A program made the position numbers and the translations under genes. Source: Candidatus Liptonbacteria bacterium (lineage in GTDB: Bacteria; Patescibacteriota; Minisyncoccia; UBA6257; JACOXY01). Taken from it: a DNA stretch of 64,000 nucleotides. The stretch lies in NCBI GenBank assembly GCA_016182095.1, contig JACOXY010000011.1, forward strand, positions 3,794-67,793. Reading direction: 5' to 3'. Below are positions 1-8,058 of this stretch, one piece after another. How positions within the stretch are numbered: position 1 is the first letter of the stretch; every line of letters starts with the position of its first letter. The notes beneath the pieces are model-generated. The model did no database searches. It was given only the letters and a program-made list of their open reading frames with translations, and was not told where the DNA came from.

Positions 1-58
1 TGGCTGCCATTGGATTGATCACTTCTTATTTTTAAATAACTGGAGCAAACCGAAAAGA

Positions 59-427
59 TTGGAATTATTCTTAACACCCGACATGACCACCAACTCCTCC
101 ATAGAACTAGAAAATGGCGCGGTATTTACCATGACGCTTACCGAACGGGGCAGTCCCTATATCGGCGTGCAAGACTACGTTGAGTTGCGCGCAGGAGACA
201 AAACTGCGAAAATAATTGACGATTCGCGCTATATTGCCGAGGGACCAAATGGAATTATCCGCAAAAAAACCATCAACAAAATGAAAAACTATCGCCTGAT
301 GTACGAAACGATAAGTAAAAAAATCGCCGAAGGCGGCAAAGGCGACTCGCTGGAGTCAGTAAAAGTTTCCACCGAAGCGATGCTGGATTTGGAGGAGGGG
401 TTTCAAAAACAATATCAAAACTTATAA
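59..427 (+). CDS. hypothetical protein (122 aa)
   Basis: Clean ORF with ATG start, followed by a weak hairpin plus T-run; no recognisable motifs. Confidence 0.35.
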   Translation: MELFLTPDMTTNSSIELENGAVFTMTLTERGSPYIGVQDYVELRAGDKTAKIIDDSRYIAEGPNGIIRKKTINKMKNYRLMYETISKKIAEGGKGDSLESVKVSTEAMLDLEEGFQKQYQNL

Positions 428-598
428 AAATACCAGCATGATGGCTGGCTTTAATTGTTTTTTGGTTTCGCTTGCTTCTTTTGCAAACACGTCAGAAGCT
501 TGATTGCTCAAGATGTCAGAGTTGAGTTTGAACGATAATCCTTGCGTGTCTTGTGTTTTTCGCGAGGAATTCGTACTGTACCTCTTCTAATTTGCAGT

Positions 599-838
599 TC
601 ATTCCGCCGCATCTCGGAGCAATGACGCACTCCCTGCCAGACACTCTGTAGAGAATCGTGATGCGCTTGTTGAGGTAGTCGGGCTTAAGATATTGGCAAT
701 CTCTTGTAGTACCTGCTCTGCGGTAACTTTTCTTAATCCTTTGCACGCCGGACAGCAATCGCGGCCAGATTCTCTGCCGTCTTCAGTATCTCCGTTAAGA
801 ACCCAACCCCTACCATTGCAATGAAAACAGTCGCGCAT
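599..838 (-). CDS. small zinc-ribbon protein (CxxC...CxxC), start reassigned to the ATG at 838
   Basis: Product begins MRDCFHCNGRGW and has a second CCPAC pair. A strong SD (taaggaga) sits 6 nt upstream of the ATG at 836-838; the track's GTG start at 856 lacks an SD. Confidence 0.45.
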   Translation of the reverse strand: MRDCFHCNGRGWVLNGDTEDGRESGRDCCPACKGLRKVTAEQVLQEIANILSPTTSTSASRFSTECLAGSASLLRDAAE

Positions 839-938
839 TGTATTCTCCTTATCCACCAGAGCGCTGAAACTACAGTATCACGGCGACTTATTTAGTGCAA
901 TGGCATGGTAGCGTGCAACAACGGGCCAGCTCATGAAT

Positions 939-1017
939 CCACAACATTCCAACATTCTGCTCGCCATGCCGAAGCTTTATGCGAAGCGAAGGATGGCAGA
1001 ATGTTAGAATGTTGTGG
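939..1017. repeat. Family-1 palindromic element, copy A: 22 bp inverted arms (1 mismatch) around a 35 bp interior
   Basis: Left arm ccacaacattccaacattctgc and right arm gcagaatgttagaatgttgtgg match each other and the arms of copies at 2507, 2824 and 22178. It lies just upstream of the 599..838 gene. Confidence 0.8.
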
Positions 1018-1062
1018 AGTAAGCTGAAATATTAGATAGCCTTCTTCCTTCTCATTGGTTTT

Positions 1063-1596
1063 CTAGGAGCACCGAAGATCGCCAAAATGTGAATGGAGCT
1101 CGCTTGCAGCAAATACAAGATATACTTTTTCCTTTTCATCCACAAGCAACATAGGCAAATGTTCTTCATACCAACTTGACCACGGTGACAATTCAAACAC
1201 TTCATCATCTGCAAAGTACACCTCTACAGGAAGCGGAGCGTTGGAGTCTGAAGAAAAAGAGGGCGTTAGCATATCCGCATATGCGTTTTGTATCTCCTCG
1301 CGTGATAGCTTACTTGCGCGAAATTGCCCCGCAATGTAGTCGCAATGGTTTGAATTGCCGAAGTTCCCAACATATGCCAATTTTGAAAGGGGCCGCGAGT
1401 TAATCGGATGTGCCGCGTCAATAACCGCATGGAGGTGCTTTTGAAGCGTCCGCAGGCGGTACTCATGTAGCGGTATTGTTGATGCCGTGGGGATAGCGAG
1501 AACACCAAAGATGACGCCAACAAACAATGCTACACCTCCGAGGATAACAAATCTTGGTCGTTCACGAAAAACGGTTTTTATTTTTTCTGCAACCAT
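1063..1596 (-). CDS. hypothetical membrane-anchored protein (one N-terminal TM helix)
   Basis: ORF with a hydrophobic N-terminal segment (FVILGGVALFVGVIFGVLAI); overlaps the upstream ORF by 19 bp, which suggests an operon. Confidence 0.45.
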   Translation of the reverse strand: MVAEKIKTVFRERPRFVILGGVALFVGVIFGVLAIPTASTIPLHEYRLRTLQKHLHAVIDAAHPINSRPLSKLAYVGNFGNSNHCDYIAGQFRASKLSREEIQNAYADMLTPSFSSDSNAPLPVEVYFADDEVFELSPWSSWYEEHLPMLLVDEKEKVYLVFAASELHSHFGDLRCS

Positions 1597-2519
1597 AGTT
1601 TTGAAAGCCGGTAAAACTCGCCGGAAATTTGTTTACCGCGTTTATCTGATTTACGATCTTCTTTTTGTTCTGGATCGCCGTATCCCTTATGATAACGTGT
1701 AGCAATAATGTCCAGATGGCGTAAAAGGTCAATATGCTCCGACCACAGGTCAATAACGAAACGTATGAATGCGGCGGCAAAAAAGATGTTGTGCTCTGGC
1801 AAAATGAGATAAGTGTAAAGGTGCGCGCGTCCGGCATTGGTAAGTCGCTTGTATGGCAATTTTTTGTCGGACAAATTTGGGTGATATATTCCTTTCTTTA
1901 TAAGGTCGTGCGCGGTATCTATTTTTACTTGCGCGAGACCAACTGACGCGTCATATCCAACTATTCGCGCGGCGAGTTCCGCAACCATATCCTTGAATGG
2001 CTCAATGCGTGCAATTTCGTCAATCAAAACCGCGCCCAAGAGATACGGATCAATGTCAAATTTCTCTGCCGCTTCAAATATCAGCAAGCGGTGCGGGACA
2101 AATTTTGCTTTGACTGCGGCTTTAAGTACTTTCGGCTGATTAACAGGCTCAATAAATGGCTGCCCTTCTTCAAGCGAAGCGATATATAGTTCGACGTATC
2201 TACTGAGTATTGGCGTGCTGTTCGCGTGGCGCGTGCCGTCCATAAACGCCAAAAGCGCGCGGCTCGTAATAGAAAGCTGGTCAAATTCATCCTGTTTTGA
2301 AATCTTTTGATTGGTGTGCAGATACGCTCCTGAAGCGCGCCTCACAACATGCGCGCCATATATTCCCCCTCTCGCTGCACGGTTAAGCGCCTCTTCAAGC
2401 GCAAACGCTTTCAGTGTATCCGAGGCGAAAGCAAGACTTTTTTTTCTTGTATCTGTTATGACTAAAATTATTTTAATGCTCATGCGCTTATTATATATCA
2501 TCTCACAACATTCTAACAT
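1578..2519 (-). CDS. hypothetical protein; start uncertain
   Basis: Long ORF. The annotated ATG at 2519 lies inside palindrome B, so the internal ATGs at 2501 or 2483 are more plausible starts. No clear family motif. Confidence 0.45.
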   Translation of the reverse strand: MLECCEMIYNKRMSIKIILVITDTRKKSLAFASDTLKAFALEEALNRAARGGIYGAHVVRRASGAYLHTNQKISKQDEFDQLSITSRALLAFMDGTRHANSTPILSRYVELYIASLEEGQPFIEPVNQPKVLKAAVKAKFVPHRLLIFEAAEKFDIDPYLLGAVLIDEIARIEPFKDMVAELAARIVGYDASVGLAQVKIDTAHDLIKKGIYHPNLSDKKLPYKRLTNAGRAHLYTYLILPEHNIFFAAAFIRFVIDLWSEHIDLLRHLDIIATRYHKGYGDPEQKEDRKSDKRGKQISGEFYRLSKLWLQKK

Positions 2520-2540
2520 TCTGCAGAATGTTAGAATGTT
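2507..2540. repeat. Family-1 palindrome, copy B: perfect 34 bp palindrome aacattctaacattctgcagaatgttagaatgtt
   Basis: Perfect reverse-complement symmetry around a central ctgcag. It overlaps the stop of the ArsR-like gene and the annotated start of 1578..2519. Confidence 0.85.
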
Positions 2541-2797
2541 TGCATGAACTTAAAAAATGCTTTTCCGTAAGGAGAGAGCAGATGAGTTACCTCTCGGCCT
2601 CTGTATTTTTTATTTAAAAGACCAGCGTGAACAAGCGCGCGGGTGTGCTGGGAAATGGTTTTGAAGTTTCCGCCAAGTTTTTCCGTAATTTCAAAAACCG
2701 TGATTCCTTCATGTTTGTGAACGATATCAAGAATTGCAATGCGCCAGTGATTTGCCGCGCCTTTGAAATATCGCTCTAATTGCTTTGGTGTTTTCAT
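2531..2797 (-). CDS. ArsR/SmtB-family winged-helix transcriptional regulator
   Basis: HWRIAILDIV...ITVFEITEKLGGNFKTISQHTRALVHAGLL matches the ArsR helix-turn-helix and wing. The gene is flanked on both sides by Family-1 palindromes. Confidence 0.65.
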   Translation of the reverse strand: MKTPKQLERYFKGAANHWRIAILDIVHKHEGITVFEITEKLGGNFKTISQHTRALVHAGLLNKKYRGREVTHLLSPYGKAFFKFMQTF

Positions 2798-2823
2798 AAA
2801 AATTATCTTATCACATTACTTAC

Positions 2824-2857
2824 AATATTCCAACATTCTGCAGAATGTTGGAATATT
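2824..2857. repeat. Family-1 palindrome, copy C: perfect 34 bp palindrome aatattccaacattctgcagaatgttggaatatt
   Basis: Perfect palindrome located between the stop of the GT4 gene (2859) and the start of the regulator gene (2797). Confidence 0.85.
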
Positions 2858-2858
2858 A

Positions 2859-4079
2859 TTATATAAACAATTTTGAATATTCTGCGAGCTGACGCTCAAA
2901 AGTGTAGTTTTCTTGGATAAGTTTTTTTTCGGCATCACCCATAACTTTTCTTTTATTTTTATCTTTCATGAGGCTGACGACTTCTTTAGCAAATTCTTGA
3001 GGATTATCTCGCACCACAAAATGTTCGGCGTCTTTAGCTCCAGTGATTCCTTCGGCGCCTACGGCAGTTGTTACGACCGCCGTACCAGTTGCCATAGATT
3101 CTAATACCTTGTTTTGCACCCCAGCTCCAATACGCATTGGAGCAACAGAAACGGCAGCTTTTTCCAATTCGTATTTAACATCGGGTACGTCTGCGTTTAC
3201 TTTTATATCATATTTACCATTAAGCCCCATTATATATGCCGTTGGGCTAGAGCCAACAATCTCAAAGCTTGTCTCGGGTGCTTCCTTTTTTATATAAGGG
3301 CAATAAATTTCTTCAACAAAATATCGCACCGCATCCTCGTTTTGGTGGGTTCTTAAGTTGCCTTCAAAAATAATGAGATTGGGATCACGCTCTTTTTCTT
3401 CTGTGATTAGAAAATTCTCCATAACTCCATTTCCCATTACTTTGAGCTTGCCTTTATATCTATTTTTTGTATTTCTGTTAAGATATTCGGCGTCTATCCG
3501 AGAAACTACCACGCCAGCATCAAACTTTTCCAAACACTGCTTTTCGTATTCGCGCACACGGCCTTCTTCAATTTTGTAGATTAGTCCCATAAGTCCGCGG
3601 CTGCCTTGTTCGCGACTCCGTTTGTAGTTTAAAGATATAGCGTCCGTAAGCTCAATAACTTTGGTAATGCTTCGACTCCGCTCAGCACCTACGGCATACG
3701 GCGCCATACGGATAAGGTGCGCCAAAATACCACCATACGAAGCGTTAGCGAGCGTGTCGTTTATCAAGCGCTGCATTTTTCTGGAATGATAATAGCTCAC
3801 CTGTAGCGGCTTGCGGCTAAAAAATCCAAGCGCGGCGTTAAGATATGACTGCCACCACGGGAGCCAAACAGTAACCACCTTTGAAAATACGTCATCGCGC
3901 TGAATCGTTTTTTCTTGCCCATCCTCAGTGAAAGAAAGCAGGGTCAAATTAAACCCCGCGCGTTTTAGCTCTTTGCAAACATGATAGATGCGCAGTTTAT
4001 CGCCACCAATAACAGGATAGGGATAGCGGGATGTGAGAACTAGAAGTTTCTTCATAAAAACATTAAAACATGCAAACAA
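2859..4079 (-). CDS. glycosyltransferase family 4 (GT-B, group 1)
   Basis: The C-terminal GT1 region ...FVEEIYCPYIKKEAPETSFEIVGSSP...MRIGAGVQNKVLESMATGTAVVTT... is typical of Glycos_transf_1. Confidence 0.8.
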   Translation of the reverse strand: MFACFNVFMKKLLVLTSRYPYPVIGGDKLRIYHVCKELKRAGFNLTLLSFTEDGQEKTIQRDDVFSKVVTVWLPWWQSYLNAALGFFSRKPLQVSYYHSRKMQRLINDTLANASYGGILAHLIRMAPYAVGAERSRSITKVIELTDAISLNYKRSREQGSRGLMGLIYKIEEGRVREYEKQCLEKFDAGVVVSRIDAEYLNRNTKNRYKGKLKVMGNGVMENFLITEEKERDPNLIIFEGNLRTHQNEDAVRYFVEEIYCPYIKKEAPETSFEIVGSSPTAYIMGLNGKYDIKVNADVPDVKYELEKAAVSVAPMRIGAGVQNKVLESMATGTAVVTTAVGAEGITGAKDAEHFVVRDNPQEFAKEVVSLMKDKNKRKVMGDAEKKLIQENYTFERQLAEYSKLFI

Positions 4080-4130
4080 TAAAACAAAAATCGTTGTTCT
4101 CTTGTTTTGTTGTTCTTTTGTTCTTTTATC

Positions 4131-5087
4131 CTAACGCACTATTCCCATCTTTCTTAAAATATTTACCAGCAATTTTGTTGGATAAAAGATCCAGTTCACG
4201 CTCAATACATAATCGCGAAACCAACGGTAGCGCGTCATATGGTTCATAGTCCTAATTGCCCAATCAAGATGGGCTGGCTTAAAATCAGCCCAGTCGCGCA
4301 TAAAATCCATATCAAGTTCTATTTCTTCCTCTTTGAAACTCCCCTGCTTTGCCGCATAAGCGAGAGTCACATGCTTCGCCTTATTTGGATCAAGACCCAC
4401 CAATCTCATGGCAGTCGCATCAAGCGCGACAGGATCGGTGCTCCCCAAAATAATATCAAGCGAGCGAGGACGGCCATTGGTAGGCCCCCTATCATCCATG
4501 CCGATTATTCCGTCCATTATGCAAAGCTTTGGTTTAAGCAAGCCATTAATATCAACGATTAAGCTATCAAGAGAGTGATGGAGCGCGATCCTGTCGTGTC
4601 TCGGCACGCATCCCCATTGGTTTTTTAGAGAGCCGGTAAAATAGGTTAAGGCGTGCGTCTTTAACTTAGGCATGGTTATAAATACATCCGCATCTAAAAC
4701 AATTTCTGGCATTGGTCCTAAAAGTTTGTTGCCCACATCACGCGCCTGGCTTTTAGAAAGATTGACAACTTTAACTCCGAGCTTATCGGCAAGTTCGTAA
4801 ATCTTCGTGCTTTTAAAAGCTGCCTCCGCAGGCGCACGATATGAGTGCGCCTCAACCAGCGTGATGTTTTTGGTCTGCCCTTTGAGTTTACCTACGAGCG
4901 CGTAAATTACCTTCGGGTCCGTATTCGCATTGCATACTTTTTTCGCGTCAAACTCACAGAGATTAAGCTTAATAACCACCCGCGCGCTGGGTTTTACAAT
5001 TTCTTTCCAGTTCAGCTTCTCCAGAATACTCCGTACCGCCCCTTCTACGCCCTCGTTTTTTGTTGATCGGACTACTACGCGCGACAT
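4131..5087 (-). CDS. DUF362-like conserved protein
   Basis: The N-terminal pattern VVIKLNLCEFD...NANTDPKVIYALVGKL...ITLVEAHS resembles DUF362 family proteins; function unknown. Confidence 0.4.
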   Translation of the reverse strand: MSRVVVRSTKNEGVEGAVRSILEKLNWKEIVKPSARVVIKLNLCEFDAKKVCNANTDPKVIYALVGKLKGQTKNITLVEAHSYRAPAEAAFKSTKIYELADKLGVKVVNLSKSQARDVGNKLLGPMPEIVLDADVFITMPKLKTHALTYFTGSLKNQWGCVPRHDRIALHHSLDSLIVDINGLLKPKLCIMDGIIGMDDRGPTNGRPRSLDIILGSTDPVALDATAMRLVGLDPNKAKHVTLAYAAKQGSFKEEEIELDMDFMRDWADFKPAHLDWAIRTMNHMTRYRWFRDYVLSVNWIFYPTKLLVNILRKMGIVR

Positions 5088-5111
5088 AAAATCATTGAAT
5101 ATGGATGATTT

Positions 5112-5139
5112 ATCTCACACATAATATTATGTGTGAGAT
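5112..5139. promoter_or_regulatory. perfect 28 bp palindrome (hairpin or operator) between hicA and the DUF362-like gene
   Basis: atctcacacataatattatgtgtgagat is a perfect palindrome followed by a T-rich stretch on the plus strand. It could be a terminator for the hicBA transcript or an operator. Confidence 0.35.
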
Positions 5140-5373
5140 TTATTTTCCAAGCCATTCGTTCTTAGGAATTCCAGATTGCGCAATAATTCCTTTTAGAGTT
5201 CTGGGTTTCAACGCTCGCGCACCGTGAAAAGGCACGCTAACCTGCCGAAAAATGCCGCCGTATTTACCAACATAATAAAAATGGCTGCCGCGTGTATGAT
5301 TGTGCACAAAGCCACGATCTTTCAAAAAGCGCACAGCATCTTCGGCAGTCCAATTGTATAAACCACGCGGCAT
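5140..5373 (-). CDS. hicA: HicA-family toxin (mRNA interferase, YcfA-like)
   Basis: 77 aa with AEDAVRFLKDRGF...TRGSHFYY...VPFHGARALKPRTLKGIIAQSGI, which matches the HicA/YcfA fold signature. Confidence 0.7.
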   Translation of the reverse strand: MPRGLYNWTAEDAVRFLKDRGFVHNHTRGSHFYYVGKYGGIFRQVSVPFHGARALKPRTLKGIIAQSGIPKNEWLGK

Positions 5374-5382
5374 AAAACCTTA

Positions 5383-5709
5383 TTATGTTCTTAGCCGCGC
5401 AAGATTCAGCTCGCCAACCGTAAAAATATCTTTTAAGGTTCTCTTCTGGGCTTTTGCTTCGTGTCCAGAACGCCAGAGATTCTCATACTCTTTGTCGGAT
5501 TTTTGGTTTAAAATGTTTGGTCTTGCCTTAACTTTCTTGGCTGACTCCACATAACCCTCAACTGCTTCAAAAAGCAGAAGCATCGCCTCCTGCGGCGTAG
5601 TTCCAGATTCTATAATATTAAACTCCAATCCAACTGCGTACCAATCGGTACCATCCTTAAAAACCACATATCGCACCATGCCTTTTTGTAAGGTATTTTT
5701 ATATTTCAT
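5383..5709 (-). CDS. hicB: HicB-family antitoxin (UPF0150-like N-terminal domain)
   Basis: YVVFKDGTDWYAVGLEFNIIESGTTPQEAMLLLFEAVEGYVE matches the HicB N-terminal domain. The gene sits immediately upstream of hicA on the same strand. Confidence 0.6.
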   Translation of the reverse strand: MKYKNTLQKGMVRYVVFKDGTDWYAVGLEFNIIESGTTPQEAMLLLFEAVEGYVESAKKVKARPNILNQKSDKEYENLWRSGHEAKAQKRTLKDIFTVGELNLARLRT

Positions 5710-5730
5710 GCTTTTATATTACCCCACCCA

Positions 5731-5991
5731 ATGAAAAATAGCAATTTGACAAGGTTTATTTTTTATGCTAAAAATAGCAGAAGTAGTGGATGGGCCATTG
5801 CGAAATTGAAGGGGGCTCATGTGGACTCAGGTGATAGAACCAAGGCCGTGGAGTTCTGTGCTGACTGTGGATCAATCCTAGTTCCAAAAGTAGTGCAGAT
5901 TGGATACGATCGCCAAACCAGCAAGCCGATTTACATCACTGAGAAAAACTGCCCAACTTGGTGGCGATGGCATAGCCATCCAGCAGACTAA
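5731..5991 (+). CDS. hypothetical small protein (86 aa)
   Basis: ORF followed by an intrinsic terminator at 6021-6047; no motifs recognised. Confidence 0.3.
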   Translation: MKNSNLTRFIFYAKNSRSSGWAIAKLKGAHVDSGDRTKAVEFCADCGSILVPKVVQIGYDRQTSKPIYITEKNCPTWWRWHSHPAD

Positions 5992-6020
5992 CCCAGACCT
6001 TCGTTCCCGCGTCCTATTCG

Positions 6021-6047
6021 CCCCACCATTCGGTGGGGCATTCTTTT
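6021..6047 (+). terminator. rho-independent terminator
   Basis: Hairpin ccccacc-attc-ggtgggg followed by cattctttt. Confidence 0.5.
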
Positions 6048-6146
6048 AGCTTTGTATTACCACAAAATTCCCCAACAATAGCATATACCGATAGAAGCGA
6101 GGGCATACTGTAAGCCCTCACAGCTTCCAATGGGACAAGTCCATCT

Positions 6147-8024
6147 TTAGATTTCTCTAACTAATATAAAATTTTCCAAAACCAACACATCCATCTTAGT
6201 CCTTAAAAAACAATCTATCGCTTCCTGTGGTTTATTTACAATCGGTTCATTTTCGTTAAAGGAGGTATTGAGCAAAATCGGCACGCCGGTAATCTGCCTA
6301 AAGGCGTCAATGAGCTGCCAGTAAAGAGGATTTTCTTTTTTGGACACGGTCTGTAGGCGCCCCGTACCGTCGGCATGCGTTACTGCGGGAATTTTCGCGC
6401 GCATTTCCGGTTTTATGGTATAAACTTTTTCCATAAAAGGCACTGCTGGAAAACCAATTTGGAGAGGTCGTACCTCCCCTGGAGGAACGACCTCCGCACC
6501 GCGCGGATCCAAAAAGTAGTCGCTAACATATTCCTCTAAAATTGATGGCGCAAACGGGCGAAAGCTTTCCCGTTTTTTTATTTTCAAATTTAAAATATCC
6601 TTCATGTCCGGCCGCGCAGGATTCGCAAGGATACTCCTATTCCCTAAAGCGCGCGGACCCCATTCGGTGCGCCCCTGAAACCAACCAACAATTTTGCCTT
6701 CCGCAAGCAGTTGCGCTGTTTTTTGTATAAGCATAGTTTCACCCAACTCCTGGACATCGCAAGTCCTAAGGACTTGCGATGTCCTTATATTGGCATCCAA
6801 AATGCTTTTAATTTCGCCATTATGATATTCCGGTCCCCAATAGGAGTGGACCATCGTAAAATTGCGTTCTTTATTCAAAATCTGATTCCAAACGTAAAAT
6901 GCCGCGCCTAAAGCTCCTCCGGCATCGTAGCCGGCTGGCTGAATAAAAACTTCTTTAAACGGAGAGTTTTTGAATATCTGACCGTTTGCCAAACTATTCT
7001 GCGCGGTACCTCCGGCAAAACAAAGATTTGTGCTCCTCGTTTCCTTGTGGAGTTTGTTAAGCAGAGCAAAAAAAACTTCTTCGTATATCGCCTGCGCGGA
7101 GGCGGCAATGTCTTTGTGCTTTTGGGTAAGCTCTGCGCTCTCTTCTCTGCTCGGCCCCAAAAGATCTTCTAACTTATTTGAGTAAAGCTTAGATAATTCC
7201 GGATATCCGCCCTCCCATGCCATTTTTACCTCGCCTTTTGCATGTAAAAAATATTCTTGGCTCAATTCAAAGATACCAGCGGCAGCGCTTCGACTTTGCT
7301 CAGCGGCTAAATTGTTAGCTCCTAAGCCCGTCGCAGAACTTCCCCTGTCTAGTTTTATACGCACAATTTCGCGCATTTCTTTCAGATATTTCGGCTTTCC
7401 AAAAGCCGCGAGCCCCATGACCTTATATTCATCGCCAAATTTCCAAAATCCCAAGAATTGTGTAATCGCAGTGTAAAAAAAACCGATAGAATCCGGATAA
7501 TTAATCTCTCCTAAAATTTTCATCTTATTTCCTTCGCCAACCCCCCACATAGCGCTTGAAAAATCTCCCATACCGTCAACCGAGAGAAGTGCCGCTTCCT
7601 CAAAGGGGGAAACAAAAAACGCGGAGGCAAGATGCGCAAGGTGATGCGAGATATTATAAAACTTAGCGCTAATCTGCGACTCCTTAATACCCAAAGCTTT
7701 GGCGAGTTCTTCCTTAACACCGACAACCTTGCGCTTATTTACAAATCTATTCCAAAGAGAGCGGAAACTTGGAAGGTTTTTCAACACAAACCAGATTTTT
7801 TTCCAATAGTTAGCCTTCGGGTCGCGATTCAAGGCAATATGCGAAACATCTTGAATGCGAATCCCGGCAAAATCCAAACAAAACTTAATAGACTCGCTAG
7901 GGAATCCGGCCCAATGCTTTACACGTCTAATACGCTCCTCTTCAATGGCAGCGACGAGCTTGCCATCTTTTATCAAACACGCGGCGGAATCGGCATGATA
8001 GGCGTTTATGCCAAGTACGTACAT
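6147..8024 (-). CDS. O-carbamoyltransferase (NodU/CmcH/NovN family)
   Basis: N-terminus MYVLGINAYHADSAACL..., then WGPRALGNRSILANP, NTSFNENEPIV and AVTHADGTGRLQTV, all hallmark blocks of CmcH_NodU carbamoyltransferases. Confidence 0.85.
   Translation of the reverse strand: MYVLGINAYHADSAACLIKDGKLVAAIEEERIRRVKHWAGFPSESIKFCLDFAGIRIQDVSHIALNRDPKANYWKKIWFVLKNLPSFRSLWNRFVNKRKVVGVKEELAKALGIKESQISAKFYNISHHLAHLASAFFVSPFEEAALLSVDGMGDFSSAMWGVGEGNKMKILGEINYPDSIGFFYTAITQFLGFWKFGDEYKVMGLAAFGKPKYLKEMREIVRIKLDRGSSATGLGANNLAAEQSRSAAAGIFELSQEYFLHAKGEVKMAWEGGYPELSKLYSNKLEDLLGPSREESAELTQKHKDIAASAQAIYEEVFFALLNKLHKETRSTNLCFAGGTAQNSLANGQIFKNSPFKEVFIQPAGYDAGGALGAAFYVWNQILNKERNFTMVHSYWGPEYHNGEIKSILDANIRTSQVLRTCDVQELGETMLIQKTAQLLAEGKIVGWFQGRTEWGPRALGNRSILANPARPDMKDILNLKIKKRESFRPFAPSILEEYVSDYFLDPRGAEVVPPGEVRPLQIGFPAVPFMEKVYTIKPEMRAKIPAVTHADGTGRLQTVSKKENPLYWQLIDAFRQITGVPILLNTSFNENEPIVNKPQEAIDCFLRTKMDVLVLENFILVREI
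6752..6784. repeat. Family-2 palindrome, copy 1 (16 bp arms), in-frame inside the carbamoyltransferase CDS
   Basis: ggacatcgcaagtcct-a-aggacttgcgatgtcc. A near-identical 34 bp copy lies intergenic at 45354..45387. Confidence 0.75.
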
Positions 8025-8030
8025 AATAAA

Positions 8031-8058
8031 TAGGGTTTAGGGTTTAGGGTTTAGGGTT
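8031..8058. repeat. (TTTAGGG)4 heptamer microsatellite spanning the stop codon of the GT2 gene
   Basis: tagggtttagggtttagggtttagggtt. It encodes the C-terminal ...TLNPKP* of 8037..8897 and ends 6 bp before the next gene's ATG. Confidence 0.85.

Noticed and set aside
516-758. An alternative minus-strand ORF (80 aa) overlaps the zinc-ribbon gene.
   Set aside because: It lacks an SD, while the 599..838 frame has a strong SD plus paired CxxC motifs. It is most likely a spurious overlapping frame.
3043-3579. Several plus-strand ORFs (3043..3297, 3114..3356, 3358..3579) are antisense to the GT4 gene. Similar antisense ORFs include 10061..10501, 25488..26066, 23016..23447 and 49362..50121.
   Set aside because: All lie inside long, well-supported genes on the opposite strand, show low-complexity or odd composition and lack an SD. 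They are treated as spurious.
5990-6146. The intergenic region with two hairpins could hold a possible tRNA or small ncRNA.
   Set aside because: No cloverleaf-compatible acceptor or T-arm pairing could be found by eye. The hairpin at 6021..6047 is better explained as an intrinsic terminator. A tRNAscan or Infernal run would be needed to exclude an ncRNA.
8031-8058. The (TTTAGGG)n Arabidopsis-type telomere repeat could be read as a eukaryotic or linear-replicon terminus.
   Set aside because: There are only four units, embedded between two bacterial genes; they encode the C-terminus of one and abut the next gene's start. This is a short microsatellite of a heptamer family that also occurs elsewhere in the window.
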